Shown piece after piece: positions 4,992 to 13,946 of a stretch of 18,902 nt of DNA; within the stretch, counting starts at the first letter, position 1, and the number at the start of each line of letters is the position of its first letter. The position numbers and the translations under genes were made by a program. This stretch comes from a virus. The notes under the pieces were generated by a model that searched no databases, was not told where the DNA came from, and saw only the letters and a program-made list of their open reading frames with translations. The stretch covers positions 1 through 18,902 of the IMG/VR virus record IMGVR_UViG_3300029822_000436. The stretch is one strand, 5' to 3'.

Positions 4992-5032
4992 AAGAATGTA
5001 AGATATTATTAAAACAGGAAGGATGTTGCAAA

Positions 5033-5335
5033 ATGCCAATGAGCAAGGAAGAACATGAAGCGTTACTAAATGAGTTACTAGGAGCAGACGTAGAACAATC
5101 AAGACGTACAGAAATCTTACAACAGCTACGAACTGATTACGGTACTGTCCACGCTGATTTCGAAAACATCACAACAAACAATCAAAAGTTACAAGCGAAT
5201 AATGACGACTTGATTATTTCAAATAGTCAATTGTTCCGACAGTTGGGTGTTGTTGGTGGTAATCAAGAAATGCAAAAACAGGAAGAACAGAAAACGTTTT
5301 CCGAAACAGTAACAATTGAAGCACTTGAAAAATAA
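5033..5335 (+). CDS. gp7: Head scaffolding protein
   Basis: MPMSKEEHEALLNELL....ILQQLR..YG......DDLIISNSQLFRQLG....ETVTIEALEK is collinear with recalled phi29 p7 (MPLKPEEHEDILNKLL...ALQQLR...DDLIVSNSKLFRQIG...ETITIEDLEAK). Confidence 0.9.
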   Translation: MPMSKEEHEALLNELLGADVEQSRRTEILQQLRTDYGTVHADFENITTNNQKLQANNDDLIISNSQLFRQLGVVGGNQEMQKQEEQKTFSETVTIEALEK

Positions 5336-5359
5336 TAACCGAAATGGAGAGAAAAAATT

Positions 5360-6685
5360 ATGACACGTATTACCTTTAAAGATGTAAGTACAAGTTTAGG
5401 TGTTAATGAATCCTACGACATTGTAAATGCTATTCGAAATTCAAATCCAAACTTTGCAAACTATGTACCACTTGCAACAGCAGAAAACGTTGCAGAAGTT
5501 GGTGCGGGTATTCTTATCAATCAAACAATTCAAAATGAATTTATCACATCATTGGTTGACCGTATCGGCTTGGTTGTTATTCGCAATGTATCGTTAAACA
5601 ACCCATTGAAAAAATTCAAAAAGGGACAAATGCCATTAGGTCGTACCATTGAAGAAATTTTCACTGATATTACAAAGGGTAAAAAATACGACCCGGAAGG
5701 CGCAGAAGAAACAGTTTTCAAACGTGAAATTCCAAACGTAAAAACTTTATTCCATGAACGAAACCGACAAGACTTTTATGAACAAACAATTCAAGATGAT
5801 TCATTAAAAACCGCATTCGTTTCATGGAGGCATTTTGAATCATTCATTTCTTCTGTAATTAATGCGATTTACAACAGTGCAGAGGTTGAAGAATATGAGT
5901 ACATGAAATTACTTGTTGACAACTACTTTGCAAAAGGATTATTTACAGTCGTAAAAGTCGACAAGCCTGATACAGAAACAGCAGCACGAAACTTTGTTAA
6001 AAAATTGCGTGCAACAGCGACAAAATTAACGTTACCAACAGGCTCACGTGATTTCAACTCATTAGCAGTTCGCACACGTTCGGATGTAAACGACTTACAT
6101 TTAATCATTGATGCTGACCTGAATGCTGAAATGGATGTTGAAGTTCTAGCACGTGCGTTCAATATGAACAAAACGGATTTCATCGGAAATGTTACAGTAA
6201 TTGACGGATTTTCTAGTACAGGTCTTGAAGCGGTTTTAGTGGACAAAGAGTGGTTCATGGTTTATGACAACTTGATGAAACTTGAAACCATCCGAAATCC
6301 GAAAGGTCTTTACTGGAATTATTTCTACCACGTTTGGCAAACACTTTCAGTTTCACGTTTTGCAAATGCAGTTGCGTTCGTTTCGGGTGACATTGCCCCT
6401 GTTACACAAGTGATTGTTGACCCAACAATTTTGGCATTACGTCAAGGTCGTTCATTTACATTCACGGCATATGTTCGTGAAAATGACAATGCGGGGCGTG
6501 AAGCGGTTTGGTCGGTTGAAGGCATGAATGGAACAGTAGTTGCATCGGGAACAACAATTGATGAAGGTACGCTAACAGTTGGCGATACACAGACAGGACA
6601 ATTGATGGTAAAAGCAACCGTAACATACGGTGAGGTTGATACGGAGACGGAAGTTGTTGGAGAATCAATCGTTACCATCGTATAG
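5360..6685 (+). CDS. gp8: Major capsid protein with C-terminal Ig-like (BIG2-type) domain
   Basis: Position and size match phi29 gp8 (441 vs 448 aa). The C-terminal 90 aa ([16 protein letters not shown]...VWSVEG...TGQL.VKATV) look like a bacterial Ig-like group 2 domain, as in phi29 gp8. Confidence 0.88.
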   Translation: MTRITFKDVSTSLGVNESYDIVNAIRNSNPNFANYVPLATAENVAEVGAGILINQTIQNEFITSLVDRIGLVVIRNVSLNNPLKKFKKGQMPLGRTIEEIFTDITKGKKYDPEGAEETVFKREIPNVKTLFHERNRQDFYEQTIQDDSLKTAFVSWRHFESFISSVINAIYNSAEVEEYEYMKLLVDNYFAKGLFTVVKVDKPDTETAARNFVKKLRATATKLTLPTGSRDFNSLAVRTRSDVNDLHLIIDADLNAEMDVEVLARAFNMNKTDFIGNVTVIDGFSSTGLEAVLVDKEWFMVYDNLMKLETIRNPKGLYWNYFYHVWQTLSVSRFANAVAFVSGDIAPVTQVIVDPTILALRQGRSFTFTAYVRENDNAGREAVWSVEGMNGTVVASGTTIDEGTLTVGDTQTGQLMVKATVTYGEVDTETEVVGESIVTIV

Positions 6686-6701
6686 AAAGGATTGATTTTA
6701 C

Positions 6702-8465
6702 ATGACTGTTCCATTGAGTGGAACGGACATTCGACTTTTGTCGGGTGTCCAATTCTCAAATGATTATAAAAATACGAGATGGTTTGACACAAAAAGTGAA
6801 CAAACCACACACTTTTTAGCAAGACCACGAATACAGTCCATTAGTCAAGTGAATTTTCAACGCATTGAAGGACGACATTTCTTTTCATCAAATGCAAGCA
6901 TTGATGAGCTATGGGGTGCAAACTATTTCATGTTTAAAAATCCATCATCTCATAGTGATAAATGGTTTTATGCATTTGTAACGGAACTGGAATATGTACG
7001 TAAAAATGTAACACATGTTCATTTTGAAATTGATGTGTTGCAAACATGGATGTTTGATATGAACTTCAAACCGTCTTATATTGTTCGTGAACATTGCGAC
7101 TTATATAAAACAGATGGAACACCTGTCATTAACACAGTTGAAGAAGGTCTAAATTATGGAACTGATTACGACATAGTAAGTGCAGAACATTTTAAACCAC
7201 CAAACGACTTGTATTATTTGGTTATTGTGACGAAATCTTTGATTCATAAAGAAGGCGATGCAGTTGCAAACGATATAAAAGCAAGTGTTGTCGGTATACC
7301 ACAACCACTATGTTATTATGTTCACCCTATCCGTAAAGATGGAACAAGCCCAAACGTTTCAATTGGTGGGTCAACAGTCAACTTAACAGATATGACAGAA
7401 CTACTATCAAATATCTACTCACAAGATGATGCAGTTGACAACATTGTTTCATTGTTTATCACGGAACATATTGGGTATACACCAACAGGTGGTTCGGGGT
7501 TTGACTTTGATTCAGATATATTCTCAAAAGCAATGATTGCAGACGATGTCAATCAAAATATTGACACAATCTATGTCAAAGAAATACGGGAATTTTTACC
7601 ACACGTTATCAATTGCGGTCGTAAATATGATGGGTTTAAAGAGGTTCGTGAATCAAAACTTTTAATGTATCCTTATTGTGTAACCATTTTAGATGATTTT
7701 AAAGGGAATCAATTCGAAATTAAAAACGAGTACCTTGACAGTGAAAATTTAAATGTTTCCGTTAGGGGTTCATTGGGTGTTTCAAATAAAGTCGCTTATA
7801 CAGTGTCTGCATATTTAACAGGACAATCGGGACTTTCAAGCGATGAAAAAATGCGCATCAATTTAGGTCAAGGTTTTATTAATACAAACCCACAAGACAT
7901 TCCCATTATTACGGACATGCTTTCCGCTTTCCTGCAAGGGAATCGAAACAGCATTGAAAACCAACAAAATTCTATTATGTGGAATGGTGCAATGAATGCA
8001 ATCGGCGGTGCTATTGGTGGTGCAACCACGGGTGGTGTTGCGGGTGCTGTAACTGGTGTTGTTGGTGGGGCGGGAAATACTGTTTTACAACTACAAGGCA
8101 TTCAAGCCAAACAAACCGACATAAATAATACACCCCCACAATTGGTTAAAATGGGTGGTAATACGTCTTTTGATTTTGGTAACGGGTATACCGGGTTTTA
8201 CGTAATCAAAAAACAGATTAAAAATGAATACATCAAAAAGCTATCTGACTTCTTTATGATGTATGGTTACAAAGTGAATGAGGTAAAAGTACCAAATTTC
8301 CACACTAGAAAATCATACAATTTTGTTCAAACGGCAACATGTAATATAACAGGGAACTTCAACAATGACGATTTACAGAAGTTAAAAAGTGTGTTTGATA
8401 ATGGTATCACATTATGGCATGTGAATGACATTGGAAACTATGAACTAGAAAACGGGGTGATATAA
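6702..8465 (+). CDS. gp9: Tail knob (distal tube) protein
   Basis: The N-terminus [26 protein letters not shown]...[12 protein letters not shown]....[16 protein letters not shown] matches recalled phi29 gp9. A Gly-rich membrane-active loop ([24 protein letters not shown]) is present. It is 587 vs 599 aa. Confidence 0.92.
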   Translation: MTVPLSGTDIRLLSGVQFSNDYKNTRWFDTKSEQTTHFLARPRIQSISQVNFQRIEGRHFFSSNASIDELWGANYFMFKNPSSHSDKWFYAFVTELEYVRKNVTHVHFEIDVLQTWMFDMNFKPSYIVREHCDLYKTDGTPVINTVEEGLNYGTDYDIVSAEHFKPPNDLYYLVIVTKSLIHKEGDAVANDIKASVVGIPQPLCYYVHPIRKDGTSPNVSIGGSTVNLTDMTELLSNIYSQDDAVDNIVSLFITEHIGYTPTGGSGFDFDSDIFSKAMIADDVNQNIDTIYVKEIREFLPHVINCGRKYDGFKEVRESKLLMYPYCVTILDDFKGNQFEIKNEYLDSENLNVSVRGSLGVSNKVAYTVSAYLTGQSGLSSDEKMRINLGQGFINTNPQDIPIITDMLSAFLQGNRNSIENQQNSIMWNGAMNAIGGAIGGATTGGVAGAVTGVVGGAGNTVLQLQGIQAKQTDINNTPPQLVKMGGNTSFDFGNGYTGFYVIKKQIKNEYIKKLSDFFMMYGYKVNEVKVPNFHTRKSYNFVQTATCNITGNFNNDDLQKLKSVFDNGITLWHVNDIGNYELENGVI

Positions 8466-9361
8466 TGGCACGAAAACGGAGGGGTTATCAAAATCCAAAC
8501 CAATTACAAGCACAGGAAGGCAATACTTGGTATCAACATTATTTCCAATATTTAAACTCATTAGCCTATCAATTATTTGAATGGAAAAACCTTCCTGATA
8601 GTATCGACCCACGTTATCTTGAAATGTCGTTGAATATGTTCGGTTATGTTGGATTCTTTAAAGATAAAAGTTTGGGGTACATTGCAACACAGGGTGCACC
8701 ATCCGGTAGGGTTGACCATTACTTATTACCTGATACATTCCATGCAGTTTCACCAACTTACAATCACACATTCAAGTTATTTAATTATAACGATATTAAA
8801 ACAGATAACATGGGCGTTATCATTTGGAATAATGACTACCATTTCCCAACAACACCTTCACTATCTTTGTTTGCAAAAGAATTAGCGGAAACACAGGAAG
8901 TTATCAGTGTCAATCGTAATGCACAAAAGACACCTGTTTTATTATCAGCAAACGATAACACGAAATTCAGTATTCAAAACATCTATAATCAGTATGAAGG
9001 GAATGCACCTGTTATTATCACACATGAGGATATTGACCCTGAAACAATAAAGGTGTTCAAAACGGATGCACCGTATGTTGTCGATAAGTTAAGAACCGAC
9101 CGTGATAAAATATGGAATGAAATCATGACCTATTTAGGTATCAAAAATGCTAACCTTGAAAAGAAAGAACGGATGGTGACTAGCGAGGTCAACAGCAATG
9201 ACGAACAAATCACGGCTAGTGGAAACATCTTTTTAAAATCAAGACAGGAGGCATGTAAGAAAATTAATGACTTGTACGGGTTAAATATTGAAGTCGATTT
9301 TAGGGTTGAAACGATTGAACAAATGCAATCACAAGTTAAGGGTGAAGGAGGTGAAAATTAA
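8465..9361 (+). CDS. gp10: Head-tail connector (portal, upper collar)
   Basis: [81 protein letters not shown] and the other segments are collinear with phi29 gp10. The start overlaps the gp9 stop (TAATG). Confidence 0.95.
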   Translation: MARKRRGYQNPNQLQAQEGNTWYQHYFQYLNSLAYQLFEWKNLPDSIDPRYLEMSLNMFGYVGFFKDKSLGYIATQGAPSGRVDHYLLPDTFHAVSPTYNHTFKLFNYNDIKTDNMGVIIWNNDYHFPTTPSLSLFAKELAETQEVISVNRNAQKTPVLLSANDNTKFSIQNIYNQYEGNAPVIITHEDIDPETIKVFKTDAPYVVDKLRTDRDKIWNEIMTYLGIKNANLEKKERMVTSEVNSNDEQITASGNIFLKSRQEACKKINDLYGLNIEVDFRVETIEQMQSQVKGEGGEN

Positions 9362-10638
9362 TGGCATCGTATACCATGCAGTTGCGGGAATATATTGAGA
9401 GTTATTCACAAGACAATGAAATGCTTTCCAATCGTGACCGAATTAAAATAGGGCGTGAAAAATTATTCGATTTTGAATATCCTATATTTGACAAAGATTA
9501 TAAAGCGGTTTTTGAAACAAATTTTATCCGTAATTTTTACATGCGGGAAATAGGGTTTGAATCAGAGGGATTATTCAAGTTTCAATTGGAAACATGGTTG
9601 TTAATTAATATGCCTTACTATAACAAGTTATTTGAAAGTGAATTAATCAAATTCAATCCACTTGAAAGTTATAGTTTGAAAACAACCTATCAAAAGAAAA
9701 ATGATGTGAAGCAAGACGAAAATAGAAACCGCACTCAAAACGACAATAAAATAATTGAACAAAACGACAAAACGAAAAATAATGAAAACGAAGTTCAAAA
9801 CAATATTCAAACGGATAGTACAAGCCGAACACAAAATGATAAGTCAAATAAAACTCAAATTGATGATAGAGATATTATCCAAAATGATGAAACGAATTTA
9901 TCACAAAACGGTAATACCACAACAGATACAACTAATTCAAACAATGAAACAACAAACCGTGAATCAACAGTTGACAGTGAATCAAATACAGAAAACAAAG
10001 TTGACCGTGAAAACAAAGGAAAGTCAACCGAAACAACAGATGATTTCAGCAGACAGATTGACAGTGATACACCTGATACACGTTTGCAGTTAACAGCAAA
10101 AGACGGTGAGGGTGCAATCGAATACGCTAGTAAAATTACTGAAAATACGGACAACGACAAGAAAACCGCAACTTCAGAAAGCACGGAAAAACAAAACGAA
10201 ACTTCGGACAGCACATCATTAGTGACTACCAAAGAGGACGGGTCAACAAGTAATGAAGGTGATTCACATTCCGATACAAAAGTTGTCAATGATGAACAAG
10301 GCACGTTAACAAGTACAATTGGCGATAAACTAGTGAGTGATACAACAGATACTTTTACAAGTAATATCAAAGAGGATTTCACTACTAGTCAAAACAACCA
10401 AAAGAACAACACAACAGACGGTTCATTGGAAAGTAAAATTAACGACAACTTGACAAGCGATGTAAAGGATTCATCGGTTTCTACAATCAACGATATTGAA
10501 GATTATATCGAAGAAAAAGTAGGTAGTATCGGTGTCAAAACTTACTCTGAAATGATAATGGAATATCGTGAATCATTGTTGCGAATTGAAAAACAGATTT
10601 TTAAAGAAATGAACGAACTATTTATGCTCGTTTATTAG
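9361..10638 (+). CDS. gp11: Lower collar protein with a greatly expanded low-complexity central region
   Basis: The N-terminus (YTMQLREYIE...KLFDFEYPIFD..YK.VFETNFIRNFYMREIGFESEGLFKFQLETWLLINMPYYNKLFESELIKFNPLE) and the C-terminus (EDYIEEKVG.....Y..MIMEYRESLLRIEKQIFKEMNELFMLVY) match phi29 gp11. It is 425 vs 293 aa because of an N/T/D/S/E/Q-rich insert. Confidence 0.92.
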   Translation: MASYTMQLREYIESYSQDNEMLSNRDRIKIGREKLFDFEYPIFDKDYKAVFETNFIRNFYMREIGFESEGLFKFQLETWLLINMPYYNKLFESELIKFNPLESYSLKTTYQKKNDVKQDENRNRTQNDNKIIEQNDKTKNNENEVQNNIQTDSTSRTQNDKSNKTQIDDRDIIQNDETNLSQNGNTTTDTTNSNNETTNRESTVDSESNTENKVDRENKGKSTETTDDFSRQIDSDTPDTRLQLTAKDGEGAIEYASKITENTDNDKKTATSESTEKQNETSDSTSLVTTKEDGSTSNEGDSHSDTKVVNDEQGTLTSTIGDKLVSDTTDTFTSNIKEDFTTSQNNQKNNTTDGSLESKINDNLTSDVKDSSVSTINDIEDYIEEKVGSIGVKTYSEMIMEYRESLLRIEKQIFKEMNELFMLVY

Positions 10639-10648
10639 GAGGGTTAAC

Positions 10649-11986
10649 ATGGATAAACCGAATTTTACAAAATCACCGCAAATACCCATGATGCGGATTC
10701 AAGGGTATGAACGTTATTTACCTTCTGCATTTGATGAAAGTCTATCCATTTTACAAAAGATTAATAAAGTCATTTATCAATTAAACAATATCGGTTTAAT
10801 TACAAATGATTTAATCAAAAAATGGAATGAATTAATGGAATGGATTGTTGGTAATGGGTTGACTGAAATCGTTAGTGACGAAATCGACAAACGAATTGCA
10901 GATGGTACATTTGACGAATTAATCTATCGTATTGTAGGCGATTTAACAACACTAACAACATCAGAAAAAGATAATCTAGTAGGTGCGATAAATGAAATTA
11001 ATAAAATCGCAACCGATAATAAAACAGCTATTGGAGACATTTCAGAACTAACAACAGATGAAAAAGAAAATCTTGTTCTTGCTATCAATGAATTGAAAGC
11101 ATTCACAGACATTAATAAACAAGCTGTTATCACAATCGGTGAAGCGACAGGATTCGGTGTTATTAGTGGGTTGAAAGTTGTACAACAAAAAGTATTGTCG
11201 ATGGGTGTTGATGTTGGTGATTTGACTACACCTAACATTGTTCATCTACCAAACGGTGAGCGATATACCCTGACAAGTATTGCTATTCCCATTGCGGAAT
11301 CGCATAACACGTTAAACCGTTACGACATTATCTTTGTAAACAGTCAAGGTAAAATCGAGTACAAAGAGGGTATTTTGGCAATCGACCCACGTCCACCTGT
11401 ACTTCCCGATAATTCGGTTTTACTCGCTGAGATATTTGTTCAAGCGAATGATACAACAATTAATAATGTTGACATTATCGACAAACGACCAATCAAAACT
11501 TTAAACGATTTGAAAACGCAAAAGAAGGATAATTTTGTACAATCGATTAATGAATTAGTTGATTCGATCGCAACGGTTAGAATTGAACTAGATGAACTGG
11601 AATCAACAACGGCTACAAATATTGCAGACGCTATTGCAGAAGTTACAGAAAATTTCATGACAAATTTAAACGATTTAGAGGAACGTTTTGGAATAGAGTT
11701 GGCAGACGTTGAAACAGGTTTAAATCAATTGATTGGAAATCTTACACTTTTATCGACAGATATTAAGACTGATATCGTATCAGCTATTAATGAGTTAGTT
11801 CAAGTGAACACTGGACAAAATTTACTCATTACACAAAACGCAAATAAATTAATTGTAAGTACGACAAAACCAACAACACAGAAAGATGGTGACATTTGGT
11901 ATCAAACAAGCACTGAAAATTTACCACCATTATTAACAAATACCATCACAGTAAGTCCTACAATGGGGTTAAAATTAGAGGAGTGA
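10649..11986 (+). CDS. Tail fibre/appendage protein with repeated (D/E)xLVxAINEL motifs
   Basis: It sits in the structural operon between gp11 and the gp12-like spike. Repeats are EKDNLVGAINEINK, EKENLVLAINELKA, KDNFVQSINELVD and KTDIVSAINELVQ, plus a coiled-coil-like composition. There is no phi29 counterpart at this position. Confidence 0.6.
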   Translation: MDKPNFTKSPQIPMMRIQGYERYLPSAFDESLSILQKINKVIYQLNNIGLITNDLIKKWNELMEWIVGNGLTEIVSDEIDKRIADGTFDELIYRIVGDLTTLTTSEKDNLVGAINEINKIATDNKTAIGDISELTTDEKENLVLAINELKAFTDINKQAVITIGEATGFGVISGLKVVQQKVLSMGVDVGDLTTPNIVHLPNGERYTLTSIAIPIAESHNTLNRYDIIFVNSQGKIEYKEGILAIDPRPPVLPDNSVLLAEIFVQANDTTINNVDIIDKRPIKTLNDLKTQKKDNFVQSINELVDSIATVRIELDELESTTATNIADAIAEVTENFMTNLNDLEERFGIELADVETGLNQLIGNLTLLSTDIKTDIVSAINELVQVNTGQNLLITQNANKLIVSTTKPTTQKDGDIWYQTSTENLPPLLTNTITVSPTMGLKLEE

Positions 11987-11990
11987 TAAA

Positions 11991-13901
11991 ATGGCTAATT
12001 TAAGAAAAGCTAGAGCGCAATTAATAAGTGGTGAAAACGGTGAGAATGTTGAGGATGTGGATATTCTCACTTCTGCTGACGCTGTTTCCTTTTCAGATGG
12101 TAGAAAATTAACAGAAGTTGAAACAACAATTACTCAGCAATTGGCACAAACTGCAACGCAACCCGTAAGAAATTTAGCATATGGTGATGTTAATGTTGCC
12201 GGTAAAAACATTAGTCGTACAATCGTAACTTTTATCTCGGACGACGGCTTTATAGAAGATTACACAAAACTGAAACCCATATTTGAAGCCGAGAGAGTTC
12301 CATTTTCTCCAGCAATCGTAAGTGATTGGGTTGGAAATTCTCGTTGCATGAGCGTTTCGCAGATTAAAGAAATCGAGAATATGGGTTGTGAAATTTTAGG
12401 GCACACTAAAACTCATCCCGAACTAGGTACACTTACGGAAGCACAACTCGAAAAGGAGCTGAAAGAGTCAAAATCCGCTTTAAAATCAATGGGTTTCGAT
12501 GTGAACCACATTGTATATCCTTACGGAAGTTACAGTAATTTAGTAAAGAAAATTGCACGCAAATATTACCGATCAGGCTATTTGTTTGGCAACACAGCAC
12601 AGACTAACTCTCAACCGTATGACACTTACGCTATTAAACGAATTGCACTAGGTTCTTATTTTGACCGACCATCTTCCGAGTTTCCTGTAACCAATACTTT
12701 CAATGATTATTATAAGCCGATGGTGGACAAGGCTGTTGCCAATAAAGAATGGCTAATTATTACATTACATCCGGGGGCATCAAACGGAGAATTTACGGCA
12801 GAACAACAAGGTTATTTGACGCAAACAATCCAGTACATCAAGTCACTTAATATCCCCATCAAAAACCCGACTGACGTTCTAAACGAACTGGGTAACTTGA
12901 TTGATGTTGTGGGATATACCGAAACCAATCAAGAAATCCCTTTCAAAATAGGAGCTAACGGAAAATTAGTTTCAACAGGAATAACTCAATCGGCAACAAT
13001 AATATTGAATGCTAATGAAAGAAATGCTATGTCGAAGGAATCCGATTTCGAACCGGGATATGTTACACATGTATTGGTTTCTTCTGCTAATGCATCTGGC
13101 ACACCTAACGGCAAAGGTGGTGTATTAGTCACAAATAGAACGATTCAAGCGAAAATGGGACTTACAGGAAACTTAACTACACAGACCTTTTATGAAATTT
13201 CACCATCAACAGGTGTTAGTGGCAAGGTGTATGTAAGGACTGCATCGGCGGGTGTGGATTATCCGTGGGGGCAATGGGAGGTAATTAACGAAAATAAATC
13301 CAATAGACTGACTGATAACCAATTGCCATCAAACACCCCACCAACAGGATTTCCAACGGGTAAAACAACAAGTCAAACATTCAATTCGTCCGGCAATAAA
13401 AGTGATTTACCTAATTTATCTTCGGGGACACTTCACACTTTTAGACATGAGACTGCCGCCTATAACGATTTCGCTTACCAAGTTTTTTACGCAGTGGATG
13501 GGAATATATACACTAGAAGGCACAGCGTAGGAGGAGCTTGGGGAGGTTGGCGAAAAGTAGTTACGGCAAGTGTTGATGGTTATTTTGATAATTTGAAAAA
13601 TAAAGGCGTAGTGGTAAATGAACAAAAAACATCTGCGCCATCTACATCGTCTATCAGCGTTGCAAATAAAAGTCGGATTGTGTTAAATACCGTAACCAAT
13701 AACGTAATCAACAATTTAATTGATGGAGTAGAGGGTCAAGAAATTATTCTGTTGAATACGAGCGGGCAGTCGATTACCTTAAAGCACTTAGCAAATGCAA
13801 ATGATGGATTTATAAACCTGGAAGGAGCTACCGATTACGTTTTAAAAGAGTTTAAGCCGATTAAATTAATTAAGTTTACAAACTCTTGGTACGTATTCTG
13901 A
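11991..13901 (+). CDS. Tail fibre / receptor-binding protein carrying a CE4 (NodB) polysaccharide deacetylase domain and two knob-like C-terminal repeats
   Basis: The fibre-type N-terminus is DILTSADAVSFSDGRKLTEV. NodB motifs are FISDDG (D84, D85), HTKTH (H138, H142), VYPYGS and IITLHPG. Two repeats of the G.L......Q.FY......Y.R......W..W..V type lie at about aa 376-432 and 479-524. Confidence 0.7.
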   Translation: MANLRKARAQLISGENGENVEDVDILTSADAVSFSDGRKLTEVETTITQQLAQTATQPVRNLAYGDVNVAGKNISRTIVTFISDDGFIEDYTKLKPIFEAERVPFSPAIVSDWVGNSRCMSVSQIKEIENMGCEILGHTKTHPELGTLTEAQLEKELKESKSALKSMGFDVNHIVYPYGSYSNLVKKIARKYYRSGYLFGNTAQTNSQPYDTYAIKRIALGSYFDRPSSEFPVTNTFNDYYKPMVDKAVANKEWLIITLHPGASNGEFTAEQQGYLTQTIQYIKSLNIPIKNPTDVLNELGNLIDVVGYTETNQEIPFKIGANGKLVSTGITQSATIILNANERNAMSKESDFEPGYVTHVLVSSANASGTPNGKGGVLVTNRTIQAKMGLTGNLTTQTFYEISPSTGVSGKVYVRTASAGVDYPWGQWEVINENKSNRLTDNQLPSNTPPTGFPTGKTTSQTFNSSGNKSDLPNLSSGTLHTFRHETAAYNDFAYQVFYAVDGNIYTRRHSVGGAWGGWRKVVTASVDGYFDNLKNKGVVVNEQKTSAPSTSSISVANKSRIVLNTVTNNVINNLIDGVEGQEIILLNTSGQSITLKHLANANDGFINLEGATDYVLKEFKPIKLIKFTNSWYVF

Positions 13902-13946
13902 GTTATAGTTCCAAATTGTGTAGCAGTAAAAAAGGAGATGTTGTAA

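Noticed and set aside
3546-8101. Antisense ORFs nested in pol, capsid and tail-knob genes (3546-3794, 5530-5721, 5923-6258, 6442-6828, 6462-6668, 7868-8101)
   Set aside because: All lie inside strongly supported + strand genes. They lack Shine-Dalgarno sequences and have odd compositions, for example the mirror of the Gly-rich loop. No - strand promoter or terminator is visible.
8646-8885. 79-aa + strand ORF nested out of frame in the connector gene
   Set aside because: The connector frame is collinear with phi29 gp10 across this region. The nested frame has no RBS and no recognisable features.
9643-10382. Four ORFs in alternative frames and strands within the lower collar gene (9643-9834, 9653-9847, 9755-10093, 9855-10382)
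   Set aside because: They are by-products of the stop-poor, A-rich low-complexity tract of gp11, and their translations are themselves low-complexity.
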